A stretch of 64,000 nt of DNA, taken from Heterodontus francisci (taxonomy: Eukaryota). Shown in pieces: positions 11,780 through 22,974 of this stretch. The notes under the pieces were generated by a model. The model had not been told where the DNA came from, made no database searches, and saw nothing but the letters and a program-made list of their open reading frames with translations. Every line of letters begins with the position of its first letter. The stretch's first letter is position 1. The position numbers were made by a program, and so were the translations under genes. The stretch lies in NCBI RefSeq assembly GCF_036365525.1, contig NW_027140807.1:1426001-1490000 (forward strand), given 5' to 3'.

Positions 11780-12470
11780 CTGCTGAGGTTGTTGTTGAAT
11801 TTGTTGTTTTTTTCTCCAGCTGAAGTTGTTGTTGACTTTGTTGGTGTTTTTCCTGTTGAAGTTGTTGTTGCATTTGTTGCTTTTTTTCCTGTTGAGGTTG
11901 TTGTTGAATTTTTTGGTGTTTTTCCTGTTGAGGTTGTTATTGAAATTGTTGGTGTTTTTCTCCTGCTGAAGTTGTTGTTGAATTTGTTGATGTTTTTCCT
12001 GTTGAAGTTGTTGTTGAATTTGATGGTGTTTTCCCTGTTGAGGTTGTTGTTTTGAATTTGTTGTTGTTTTCTCCTGCTGAAGTTATTGTTGAATTTGTTG
12101 GTGTTTTTCTTGTTGTTGAATTTGTTGGTGCTTTTCCTCTTGAGGTTGTTGTTGAATTTGTTGGTGTTTTTCTCCTGCTAAAGTTGTTGTTGACTTTGTT
12201 GGTGTTTTTCTCCTGTTGAAGTTGTTGTTGATTTTATTCGTACTTTATTTTTCTCCTGTTAAAGTTATTGCTGAGCTTGTTCGTGGGTTATTTTTCTGGT
12301 GCAGTTGTTTTTGTATTTTTTCCTGTTTGTCTCCTGCTAAATTTGATGTTGAATCTATTGGTGTTTTTTCTCGATGTTGTTGTTTTTCTCCTGAAGTTAT
12401 TGTTGAATTTGTTGGTGTTTTTCCTGTTGAGGTTGTTGCTGAATGTTTTGGTGTTTTTCCGTGTTTAACG
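11780..12470 (-). repeat. CAACAA-rich minisatellite, inverted copy
   Basis: Plus strand TTGTTGTTGAATTTGTTGGTGTTTTTCTCCTGCTGAAG units, reverse complement of the 9640-9980 unit. Confidence 0.88.
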
Positions 12471-12849
12471 TGTTTTTAACGTGTTTGACTCCCTGACCAC
12501 CCGGTGTGATTGTAAATCTGATTGTAAACTGTGTCTTTAAAGTTTTATTGCAGTCTCTGTCTGCTCAACACATCTATGAACGCTGAACATGACCGTCTCA
12601 AGAAGGTTTTGATTTTGCTGGAATGACTTTCCCATCTGATCATGGAAATCCAGTGTTTTTGTTCTGGGAGGGAACACTCACTCTTAAATGATTGCTGAGG
12701 GATGGTATCAGAAGGGATGTGACTGTGCATGGTGGGTCTGCCCAGCATTCCCCAAACCTCGTGCTGCTCCATTCTTTTCTGGTCAGTGCTTCCACCCTGG
12801 ATAATCCAGCTCACTCAAATCCTGACAGAGGAAAATGAGAAATCCTGGC

Positions 12850-13440
12850 AGCAGGAATGGGCCATTCGGCCCATTCAAGCTTGTTCCGCCATTCAGGGAG
12901 ATCATGGATCATCTACAACTTATTTCCATTTGCCCATCTGGGTTCCATATCATTTAATACCCTCACCTAACATCAATCTAGCAAGCTCTGCTTTGTAATG
13001 TCTGATTAACCCCCCTCACACCCCCATCTGTCGAGCTTTTGAGGGAGAAAATTCCAGATTTCCACTACCAGCTGTGTGAACCAGCGTTTCCTGACATCAC
13101 TCCTGAACAGCCCCACCCCACCTTGCCCTGGACTCCCCCAGCAGAGGAAATTGTTTCTGTCCATTAACACCATCGAATCCTTTAATCATCCTAAATATTT
13201 CAATGAGATCACCCTTTAATCTCCTACACTTAAGAGAATATAACATTAGGCCATGCAAACTGTGAAGCTAATTTAACCCTTTTAGACCTGGTGTCATTAC
13301 CTCCAAGGCTGAGACATCCTTCCTGAGTTTTGATGCACAGAACTGAACATGGTTTCTCCAGAAGGGGTCTAATCCGAGCTGCATACAACAGTAACACAAC
13401 ATCCAGCGCTTTCTATTCCAGCCCCCTTGAGGGAAAAGGG
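12850..13440 (-). mobile_element. Old CR1 3' fragment
   Basis: GGCCATTCGGCCCA tail and degenerate RT end on the minus strand. Confidence 0.6.
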
Positions 13441-13669
13441 ACAATACTCTTTGTTGTAATAGTTACTTAATGTTTTAATTATTTGACCTGGAAACGAACC
13501 TGCAGAAAGGTTATTTCAATGAGCAGGAGGTCGCTCTGTGGAACAGGGTCCCAGGGAGACGCTGGAAGCAGATATTACCTGCACATTAGAGAGATTTCAC
13601 TCAGGGATACAGTTACAGTGTAAGCTGAGTCATGAGGGGTGGTGAGTGTAACATGTTCAGGAGGAACAG

Positions 13670-14110
13670 GGGAATTCAACAACTACTTCAGGATGGGGGA
13701 AAAGAACAACAAATACAACAACTTCAGGAGCAGAACGACACCAACAAATTCAACAACTTCTTCAGGAGAATTAAAAACAAACATCACAACAACTTCAACA
13801 GGAAGATTACACCAACAAATCCAACAACAACTTCAGGAAGCAATCACCAACAAATCCAGCAACATTAGGGGAAGCGGGGAGGAAAAAAACAACTACTATT
13901 CTCACAACGTCAGCAGGGGAAACACCTACAACTTCACCAACAACTTTAGGGAAGTACATCAAGCAATGCAGCAGCAACTTCAGCTGGGCAAAGACACCAA
14001 CAGGTTCAACAACAACTTCAGTGAAAAAAACAACAAATACAGCAACAACTTCAGCAGGGGAAAAACACTAACAAATTGAACAACATCAGAAGGGGGTAAA
14101 ACACTGACAA
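13670..14110 (+). repeat. CAACAA-rich minisatellite, third copy
   Basis: Direct inspection. Confidence 0.8.
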
Positions 14111-14299
14111 ATGGGGAAATTGCACAACTTGTTGAGGTTGATGGGAATTCGTTCACAAAAGCTCCGAGTATCTGATCAGACCTGGATGATGTAATTGTTG
14201 CAAACAAAGCCCATTTCAGCCTCAATGTGGAAAGGGGAGAGGGAGATTCATAAAAGGGGCTCAAAGATCTTCTACCAGCACGTAAATAGTAAGTGAGTA

Positions 14300-15810
14300 G
14301 TAAGAGGTAAAGAGGGGTCAAGTAAGGACGGAGAGAGTAATATGTGCTTTGAGGCACAGGGCAAAGCTAATATACTTAATGAGAACTTTGTATCAGTGTT
14401 CCCGAAGGAACTGGAGGCTGAAAATTATCTATAGAAGCAGAGAGAGTAGAGGCAATGGATAGGATAACAATTGAGAGCTGGTACTAAAAGGGCTGGCTAT
14501 GCTTTGGGTGGATAAGTCACCTGGTTCAGATAACTTGCATCACAGGTTGTGAAAGGAAGTGGAGGGTAGAGATAGAAGAAGGGCTTGCCGTCATCTTCAA
14601 ATCTTCCCTGGTTATGGGGGAGGTGCCAGAGACGACAGAGTGGCAAACCCTTATTGAAGAAAGGGTGTAAGGACAGTCCGAGCAACTACAGGCCACTTAG
14701 TTTAACATCAGTGATGGGTTTGGTTCTAGAAACAATAATCAGAGAAAAATCAATAGACGGTTGGAGAGGTTCGAGTTTAATTAAGGGTAGCCAGCATGGA
14801 TTTTCAAAAGGCTGAACATTATTGACTAATCTAATTGAATTCTTTGATGAAGCAACAGAGAAGGTCGATGGAGTGAATGTGGTGGATGTTGTTTATGTGG
14901 ATTTTAAGAAAGCGTTTGACAAGGTACCCCATAAAATGCTGGTTAACACAACTGAGGCTCATGGATGAGAGGGTCAGTGTTCATTTGGGTGAAAAAGTGC
15001 CGTCAGGACAGGAAACAGCGAATCGTAGTAAATGGTTGCTTTTTTGACTGAGGGATGGTAGTCACTGGTGTTCCCCCATGGGTCAGTGCTGGGACCACTG
15101 CTTTTTCTGCAACATATAAATGACTTGGATCTTGAAATACAGAGCAGAATCTCAAAATTTGCTCTCCACACCAAACCTGGAGGTGCAGCAAACAGTGAAG
15201 ATGATATGAACTGCCTGGATCAGGTCATAGATAGACGAGCAGAATGGGCAGAAAGGTGACCAATGGAATTTCATTCTGACAAGTGTGAGGTGATGCATTT
15301 TAGCAGAAGGAATAGGGAGAGACAATATATACTTAATGGCACAGTTGTAAAGAGTGTGCAGGGACAGAGGGACCTGGGGGTGTATGTGCACACATCTTTG
15401 AAAATGGCAGGACATAGTGAGAGCTTGGTTAGGAAAGCATGTGGGATCTTGGGCTTCATAAATAAAGGCATTGGGTACAGATAACTCAGACAAGGAAAAC
15501 TGGTTCCCATTAACTAATGGTACAATAAGGAGGTTGAAGGTTTGGGTTAGAGATGCAGGGAATATAAGGAAGAATTTTATTTGCACTAAGGGTGTTAATG
15601 ACCTGGAACTCACTGCCCACAGGATGGTGGAAGCGAAGATGATCAATGACTTCAAGAGATAGTCGGATAGCCACCTGAGAGAAATAGACTTACAGGGCTA
15701 CAGGGATCGAGCCAGGGGAGTGCACTGATTGCACAGCACCGTGGAGAGCCAGCATGGACCCGATGTTCCGAATGGCCTTCTTCAGTGCCGTAAATGACTC
15801 GATGACTCCT
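14300..15810 (+). mobile_element. Degenerate CR1 LINE
   Basis: NYRPLSLTSVMG, PHGSVLGPLLF, MEFHSDKCEVMHF; 3' tail. Confidence 0.88.
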
Positions 15811-16674
15811 TCAAAAGAAGCAACCCTTGACTCCTCTGTCCTTACAAAATACTGACCCATCTCCAACCTCCCTTTCCTCTCCGAAATCCTGGAACAAGCT
15901 GTGCCCAGCTTTCCCAGAATTCCATGTTTGAATCCATCAGCCCCTAGCTATGGTTCTGATATTAATCCCAGCCATATCAGTAATGGGTCAGTATTTGACA
16001 ATAGCCTATCAATAACTCCCTCAGATATACAGATTAATGCTTCGAGAAATACACCCTTGGCAATGTTTGACTTGAAATTTAAATACAGAGCCCATCGCAG
16101 TCCCATCATTGTCCCAATGTTAGGGTGTGACCAGCAGTCAGTCTCTGGTCCATTGATAGCTGGGCAGAGGCTTCACAATGTCACATTTCCTGGTTACACA
16201 GCGACTCTCACAGCTCTCTCCCTCTCTCTCTCTCTCCCTCTCTGGCTGTCTTCACTCTTGTTTGCCTATGTACCTGAATATGTACCGGTGCCTTTTCGGG
16301 AGATCCTATCTGTGCCTCTGATCTAAACAGTCCATTGTCCTCAGTCTGTGAGACTCATCTGACTGGCACGACATCAGTACTGGGTCATATTGTGGCAATG
16401 TGCTCTGTATCCTCTCAGATTAATGGACACTGAGTATCCGACAGAAAATATTCACAGGATAAATACCTCCCATATCAGTAATGTGTCAGTTTTGAGCAAT
16501 AGGCTGTGTATATTAGAACATAAATGGACACTGAGTGTCCCAGACAGATCATTCTCATGATAAAGTGCTTCAATATGTCAGCAACCGTCCAGGACCCCAA
16601 ACTCTCCTTCCAGGTGAAACAGCGATTCACTTGGACTTTCAATATCAAATAGAAAGAGGGAGTTATTGACAGGC

Positions 16675-17180
16675 TATTTTATATCGTCCCTCACGACCAC
16701 CTGCCAAAGTGTGTCACAGCCAATGAAATGCTTGTTTTGCTGCAGTGTAGTCACTGTTGTAATGTAAGAATCATGGCAGCTGATTTGTGCACAGCAAGCT
16801 CCCACAAACAGCAATGTGAGAATGACCAGGTAATCTGTTTTAATGACGTTGATGGAGGGATAATTATTGGCCAGGACACCAGGGAGAACTCCCCTGTGTT
16901 TCTTCAAAATAGTCCAATGGGACTGTTTATATCCACGGGAGTAAGAGGATGGAGTCTCTGTTTAATGTGACATCTGAAAGAGGGCATCCTGACAGTGCAG
17001 CACTCACTCAGTACTGCCGCTCTGACAGTGCAGCACTCACTCAGTACAGACCCTCTGACAGTGCAGCACTCCCTCAGTACTGCCCCTCTGAAAGTGCAGC
17101 GCTCCCTCAGTACTGACGCTCCGACAATGTAACATTCCCTCAGTACTGACCTTCCAACAGTGCAGCACTCCCTCAGTACT
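16675..17180 (-). mobile_element. Deu-domain SINE (SacSINE/AmnSINE-like) with an internal 32-bp tandem array (16985-17180)
   Basis: Recognisable motifs GCACAGCAAGCTCCCACAAACAGC, GGAGAACTCCCCTG and (CTGACAGTGCAGCACTCCCTCAGTACTG)n; family recalled from memory, not searched. Confidence 0.65.
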
Positions 17181-17181
17181 G

Positions 17182-20100
17182 AAAATAACTTTCCTTTCAG
17201 TGCAGCAGCTTTTTCGGGAGCAGAGTGTGAGCGAGTGAGCAGCTGGGAAAGTCAGTTTGAAAGTAAATTTAAAATCCTTTTGTTTTTCGGCGGAGGCCGG
17301 GGGCTGCTGGGTAAGTAAAACACTATATATTTGGGCGGTTTAAAATAACTTTCCTTTCAGTGCAGCAGCTTTTTCGGGAGCAGAGTGTGAGCGAGTGAGC
17401 AGCTGGGAAAGTCAGTTTGAAAGTAAATTTAATTTCCTTTTGTTTTTCGGCGGAGGCCAGGGGGCTGCTGGGTAAGTAAAACACTATATATTTGGGCGGT
17501 TTCTGAACCCGAGATACCACACTTGTAGTGTCTCCCACCCGCCCTCCTCCTCTAACCAAAAAAAAAGGACTCGGTGGGGTGTTTATAAGGTAAGGCTTTT
17601 TCGATTTCTCTGGTTTTATTGTGATTGGTAAAAACTTTTCGTTCCTTTTTCATTTAACTAAGTTTAAACTTTAGATTAAAAATGGCAGGAGATCTCAGAC
17701 CCGTATCATGCTCCTCTTGCTCAATGTGGGAGCTCAGGGACACGGCTGATGACCCTGACTCCTTCACGTGCAGGAAGTGTGTCCAGCTGCAGCTCTTGTT
17801 AGACCGCATGACGGCTCTCGAGCTGCGGATGGACTCACTTTGGAGCATGCGCGATGCTGAGGAGGTCGTGGATAGCACGTTTAGTGAATTGGTCACACCG
17901 CAGATTAGGATTGCTGAGGGAGAAAGGGAATGGGTGACCAAAAGGCAGAGAAAGAGCAGGAAGGCAGCTCAGGAGTCCCCTGCGGTCATCTCCCTCCAAA
18001 ACAAGTATACCGTTTTGGATACTGTTGAGGGAGATGGCTCACCAGGGGAAGGCAGCAGTAGCCAGGTCCATGGCACCGTGGCTGGCTCTGCTATTCAGAA
18101 GGGCGGGAAAAAGAGTGGAAGGGCTATAGTCGTAGGGGATTCGATTGTAAGGGGAGTAGATAGGCGGTTCTGTGGTCGAAAACGAGGCTCCCGAATGGTA
18201 TGTTGCCTCCCAGGTGCACGGGTCAGGGACGTCTCAGATCGGCTGCAGAACATTCTAAAGGGGGAGGGTGAACAGCCAGTTGTCATTGTGCACATAGGCA
18301 CTAATGATATAGGTAAAAAACGGGATGAGGTCCTATAAGCAGAGTTTAGGGAGTTAGGAGCCAAGTTAAAAAGTAGGACCTCAGAGGTAGTAATCTCAGG
18401 ATTACTACCAGTGCCACGTGATCGTCAGAGTAAAAATGAAAGAATAGTCAGGATGAATGCGTGGCTTGAGAGATGGTGCAGGAAGGAGGGGTTCAGATTT
18501 TTGGGACATTGGGACCAGTTCTGGGGGAGGTGGGACTATTACAAATTGGACGGTCTACACCTGGGCCGGACTGGAACCAATGTCCTTGGAGGTGCTTTTG
18601 CTAACGCTGTTGGGGAGGGTTTAAACTAATGTGGCAGGGGGATGGGAACCAATTGAGGTCAGTTGACAGTAAGGAGGTAGTAACAAAAGCCTGTAAGGAA
18701 CTAGATAATGAAGTCAGTGTGACTAAGGGGAAGAGCAGGCAGGGAGCAGATGATGAATATAAAGGGACTGGTGGTCTGAGGTGCATTTGTTTTAATGCAA
18801 GAAGTGTAGTAGGTAAGGCAGATGAACTTAGGGCTTGGATTAGTACCTGGGAGTATGATGTTATTGCTATTACTGAGACTTGGTTGAGGGAAGGGCATGA
18901 TTGGCAACTAAATATCCCAGGATATCGATGCTTCAGGCGGGATAGAGAGGGAGGTAAAAGGGGTGGAGGAGTTGCATTACTGGTCAAAGAGGATATCACA
19001 GCTGTGCTGAAGGAGGGCACTATGGAGGACTCGAGCAGTGAGGCAATATGGACAGAACTCAGAAATAGGAAGGGTGCGGTAACAATGTTGGGGCTGTACT
19101 ACAGGCCTCCCAACAGCGAGCGTGAGATAGAGGTACAAATATGTAAACAGATTATGGAAAGATGTAGGAGCAACAGGGTGGTGGTGATAGGAGATTTTAA
19201 TTTTCCCAACATTGACTGGGATTCGCTTAGTGTTAGAGGTCCAGATGGAGCAGAATTTGTAAGGAGCATCCAGGAGGGTTTTCTAGAGCAGTATGTAAAT
19301 AGTCCAACTCGGGAAGGGGCCATACTGGACCTGGTGTTGGGGAATGAGCCCGGCCAGGTTGTTGAAGTTTCAGTAGGGGACTACTTTGGGAATAGTGATC
19401 ACAATTCCGTAAGCTTTAAAATACTCATGGACAAAGACGAGAGTGGTCCTAAAGGAAGAGTGCTAAATTGGGGGAAGGCCAACTATACCAAAATTCGGCA
19501 GGAGCTGGGAAATGTAGATTGGGAGCAGCTGTTTGAAGGTAAATCCACATGTGATATGTGGGAGGCTTTTAAAGAGAGGTTGATTAGCGTGCAGGAGAGA
19601 CATGTTCCTGTGAAAATGAGGGATAGAAATGGCAAGATTAGGGAACCATGGATGACAGGTGAAATTGTGAGACTAGCTAAGAGGAAAAGGAAGCATACAT
19701 AAGGTCTCGGCGGCTGATGAAAGACGAAGCTTTGAAAGAATATCGGGAATGTAGGACCAATCTGAAACGAGGAATTAAGAGGGCTAAAAGGGGTCATGAA
19801 ATATCTTTAGCAAACAGGGTTAAGGAAAATCCCAAAGCCTTTTATTCATATATAAGGAGAAAGAGGGTAACTAGAGAAAGGATTGGCCCACTAAAGGACA
19901 AAGGAGGAATGTTATGCTTGGACTCAGAGAAAATGGGTGAGATTCTAAACGAGTACTTTGCATCGGTATTCACCGAGGAGAGGGACATGACGGATGTTGA
20001 GGTTAGGAACAGATGTTTGATTACTCTAGGTCAAGTCGGCATAAGGAGGGAGGAAGTGTTGGGTATTCTAAAGGGCATTAAGGTGGACAAGTCCCCAGGT

Positions 20101-20535
20101 CCGGATGGGATCTATCCCAGGTTACTGAGGGAAGCGAGCGAGGAAATAGCTGGGGCCTTAACAGATATCTTTGCAGCATCCTTAAACACGGGTGAGGTCC
20201 CGGAGGACTGGAGAATTGCTAATGTTGTCCCCTTGTTTAAGAAGGGTAGCAGGGATAATCCAGGTAATTATAGACCGGTGAGCCTGACGTCAGTGGTAGG
20301 GAAGATGCTGGAGAAGATACTGAGGGATAGGATCTATTCCCATTTGGAAGAAAATGGGCTCATCAGTGATAGGCAACATGGTTTTGTGCAGGGAAGGTCA
20401 TGTCTTACCAACTTAATAGAATTCTTTGAGGAAGTGACAAAGTTGATTGATGAGGGAAGGGCTGTCGATGTCATATACATGGACTTCAGTAAGGCGTTTG
20501 ATAAGGTTCCCCATGGCAGGCTGATGGAGAAAGTG
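17182..20535 (+). mobile_element. 5'-intact, 3'-truncated young CR1 LINE (5' UTR, ORF1, ORF2 endonuclease and partial RT)
   Basis: ORF1 17682-18629 with CxxC..CxxC and SGNH esterase motif IVVGDSIVRG, one premature TAA at 18336; ORF2 from 18629 with APE motifs (ITETW, YRPP, GDFN, SDH), frameshift near 19690, RT ends at 20535. Confidence 0.95.
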
Positions 20536-21619
20536 ATAGCTGATGGAGAAAGTGATGGAGAAAGTGAAAGAGAAAGGAATAGCTTGATGGATGTTTAAAA
20601 TAGAGGCTATTGCCTCTGGATCTCTCCTGATGTTTCCATCTCCATACCTATCTCCTATATGTTTGTGCACACAGCAGTGAAGGATTACATCAAATTCATA
20701 TATCTTACATTCTCCCTTTCAATCCACCCCAACAATCTCTCTCTCTCTCTCCAACCCTGTCCCTCTCTACTGCCCGCTCTCTGTCTGCATATCTAACCCT
20801 CTCTCCCTCTGTCTCACTCCTAGTGTCAGAGAGAGCAGGAGGAAGAGACGGAGAGAGGAAGACAGAGAGAGAATTTAGAAGGAACTGTACTCTCTTCCTA
20901 AGCTGAACCTGCACTCGGAGTGTTTGAGGGGCTACATTAATCGGCCGTGTACAGTCCTTTATCTGGCTGTGAAGAAGCAGAGCATGTTCAGGACTCAACG
21001 GGTCAAAGGGAACGATTCACTCCTGTCTGCTACGGGAAAGAGAGACTGACCTTAACATCAATGCCGCGTTTGACCGAGTGTGACAGCGAGGAGACCGAGT
21101 AAAACTGAAGTCAGTGGGAATCTGCTGGTTGGAATTATACTGAGCACAAAGGAAGATGGTTGTGGTTGTTGGAGGTCAATCATCTCAGTTCCAGGACATC
21201 ACTGCAGAATAATAGAGACAAGGTAGATGAAAACTTCCTGTCTGCCATAAAAAGTGAAATGGTCAAACAATGTTGTTATTGGAGAGGTCTGGCCTCTATC
21301 TGATTCCATTCAGACAGACAGACAGATATCAATATAAATGAAGACATATATTTGCCTGGGTTAGAGATGGAAGACTGAACATTCCCTTCGGTCTTGTTAC
21401 TACCTATCAGCAGCTGTGTACAATTTCTAATTGCACTGGTTTGATGTGGGTAATATTTATGTTTGTAAGGATGGGGTGAATCTTATAACAATCTCCCCGA
21501 GATGAAGTGGGATTGAGGGATTGGAGTAAAGGTCAGTAACAGTGCAATGCACTTTACACGACTGAGTAACAAACATTGTTGTGTTAAAGTTTAATAAATC
21601 ACACTTGTGTTGCAAAGAA

Positions 21620-22550
21620 CAAATAAAGAACAAAGAACAAAGAACAGTACAGCACAGGAACAGGCCATTCGGCCCTCCAAGCCTGCGCCGAACTAGATGC
21701 CTGCCGAAACTAACATCTTCTGCACTTCCGGGGCCCATATCCCTCGATTCCCTTCCTATTCATATATTTGTCAAGATTTCTCTTAAACGTCGCTATCGTA
21801 TCTGCTTCCACCACCTCCCCTGGCAGCAAGTTCCAGGCACTCACCACCCTCTGTGCAAAAAATTTGCCTCGCACATCCCCTCTAAACTTTGCCCCTCGCA
21901 CCTTAAACCTATGTCCCCTAGTAACTGACTCTTCCACCCTGGGAAAAAGCTTCTGACTACCACTCTGTCCATGACACTCATAACTTTGTAAACCTCTATC
22001 ATGTCGCCCCTCCACCTCCATCGTTCCAGTGAAAATAATCCGAGTTTTTCCAACCTGTCCTCTAGCTAATGCCCTCCAGACCAGGCAACATCCTGGTAAA
22101 CCTTCTCTGTACCTTCTCCAAAGCCTCCACGTCGTTCTGGTAGTGTGGCGACCAGAATTTCATTCAGTATTCTCAGTGTGGCCTAACTAAGGTTCTATAC
22201 AGCTGCAACATGACTTGCCAATTTTTATGCTCTATGCCCCGACTGATGAAGGCAAGCATGCCGTCTGCCTTCTTGACTACCTTATCCACCTGCGTTGCCA
22301 CTTTCAGTGACCTGTGGACCTGTACGCCCAGATCTCTCTGCCTGTCAATACTCCAAAGGGTTCTGCCATTTACTGTATACCTCCCACCTGCATTAGACCT
22401 TCCAAAATACATTACCTCACATTTGTCCGGATTAAACTCCATCTGCTATTTCTCCACCCATGTCTGCAACCGATCTATGTCCTGCTGTATCCTTTGACAA
22501 TCCTCATTATTATCCGCAACTCCACCAACCTTTGTGTCGTCCGCAATTGC
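21620..22550 (-). mobile_element. 5'-truncated CR1 with (TTCTTTG)n tail
   Basis: ADDTKVGG..MEFNPDKCEVMYFG..LYRTLVRPH; CAAAGAA repeats at 21620-21645. Confidence 0.9.
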
Positions 22551-22619
22551 TGATATATATTTTTTAATGATATGGATTGTTTTTCTCACAGGATTTTCGA
22601 TTGTAATTTCCTTTATTTT

Positions 22620-22920
22620 GGCTGATGTATAGAATATAAGGGCAGGGAGGTTATGCTGGAACTGCATAAAACACTAGTTAGACCACAGCTAGAGAACTGT
22701 GTACAGTTCGGGTCAGCACATTACAGGAAGGATGTGATCACACTAGCGAGGGTACAGAGTAGATTTACAAGGGATGTTGTCAGGAATGGAGAATTTTAGC
22801 TATGAGGAAAGATTGGACAGGCTGGTGTTGTTTTCTTTGAAACAGAGGAGGCTGAGGGGAGATTTAATGGAGGTGTGTAAAATGATGATGGGCCCAGATT
22901 GAGTGGATCGGAAGGACCGA
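22620..22920 (+). mobile_element. CR1 RT C-terminal fragment
   Basis: GAGGTTATGCTGGAACTG..AGGAGGCTGAGGGGAGATTTA. Confidence 0.75.
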
Positions 22921-22974
22921 TGGAGAATAACCCAAGCTCTCCAATACATCCATATACCTGAAGGAACTGAAATA

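Noticed and set aside
12654-12692. TGTTTTTGT nonamer-like site
   Set aside because: The heptamer position reads CACTCAC and lacks the essential GTG
9680-14079. N/Q/T-rich and V/L/F-rich ORFs
   Set aside because: Translations of the CAACAA minisatellite
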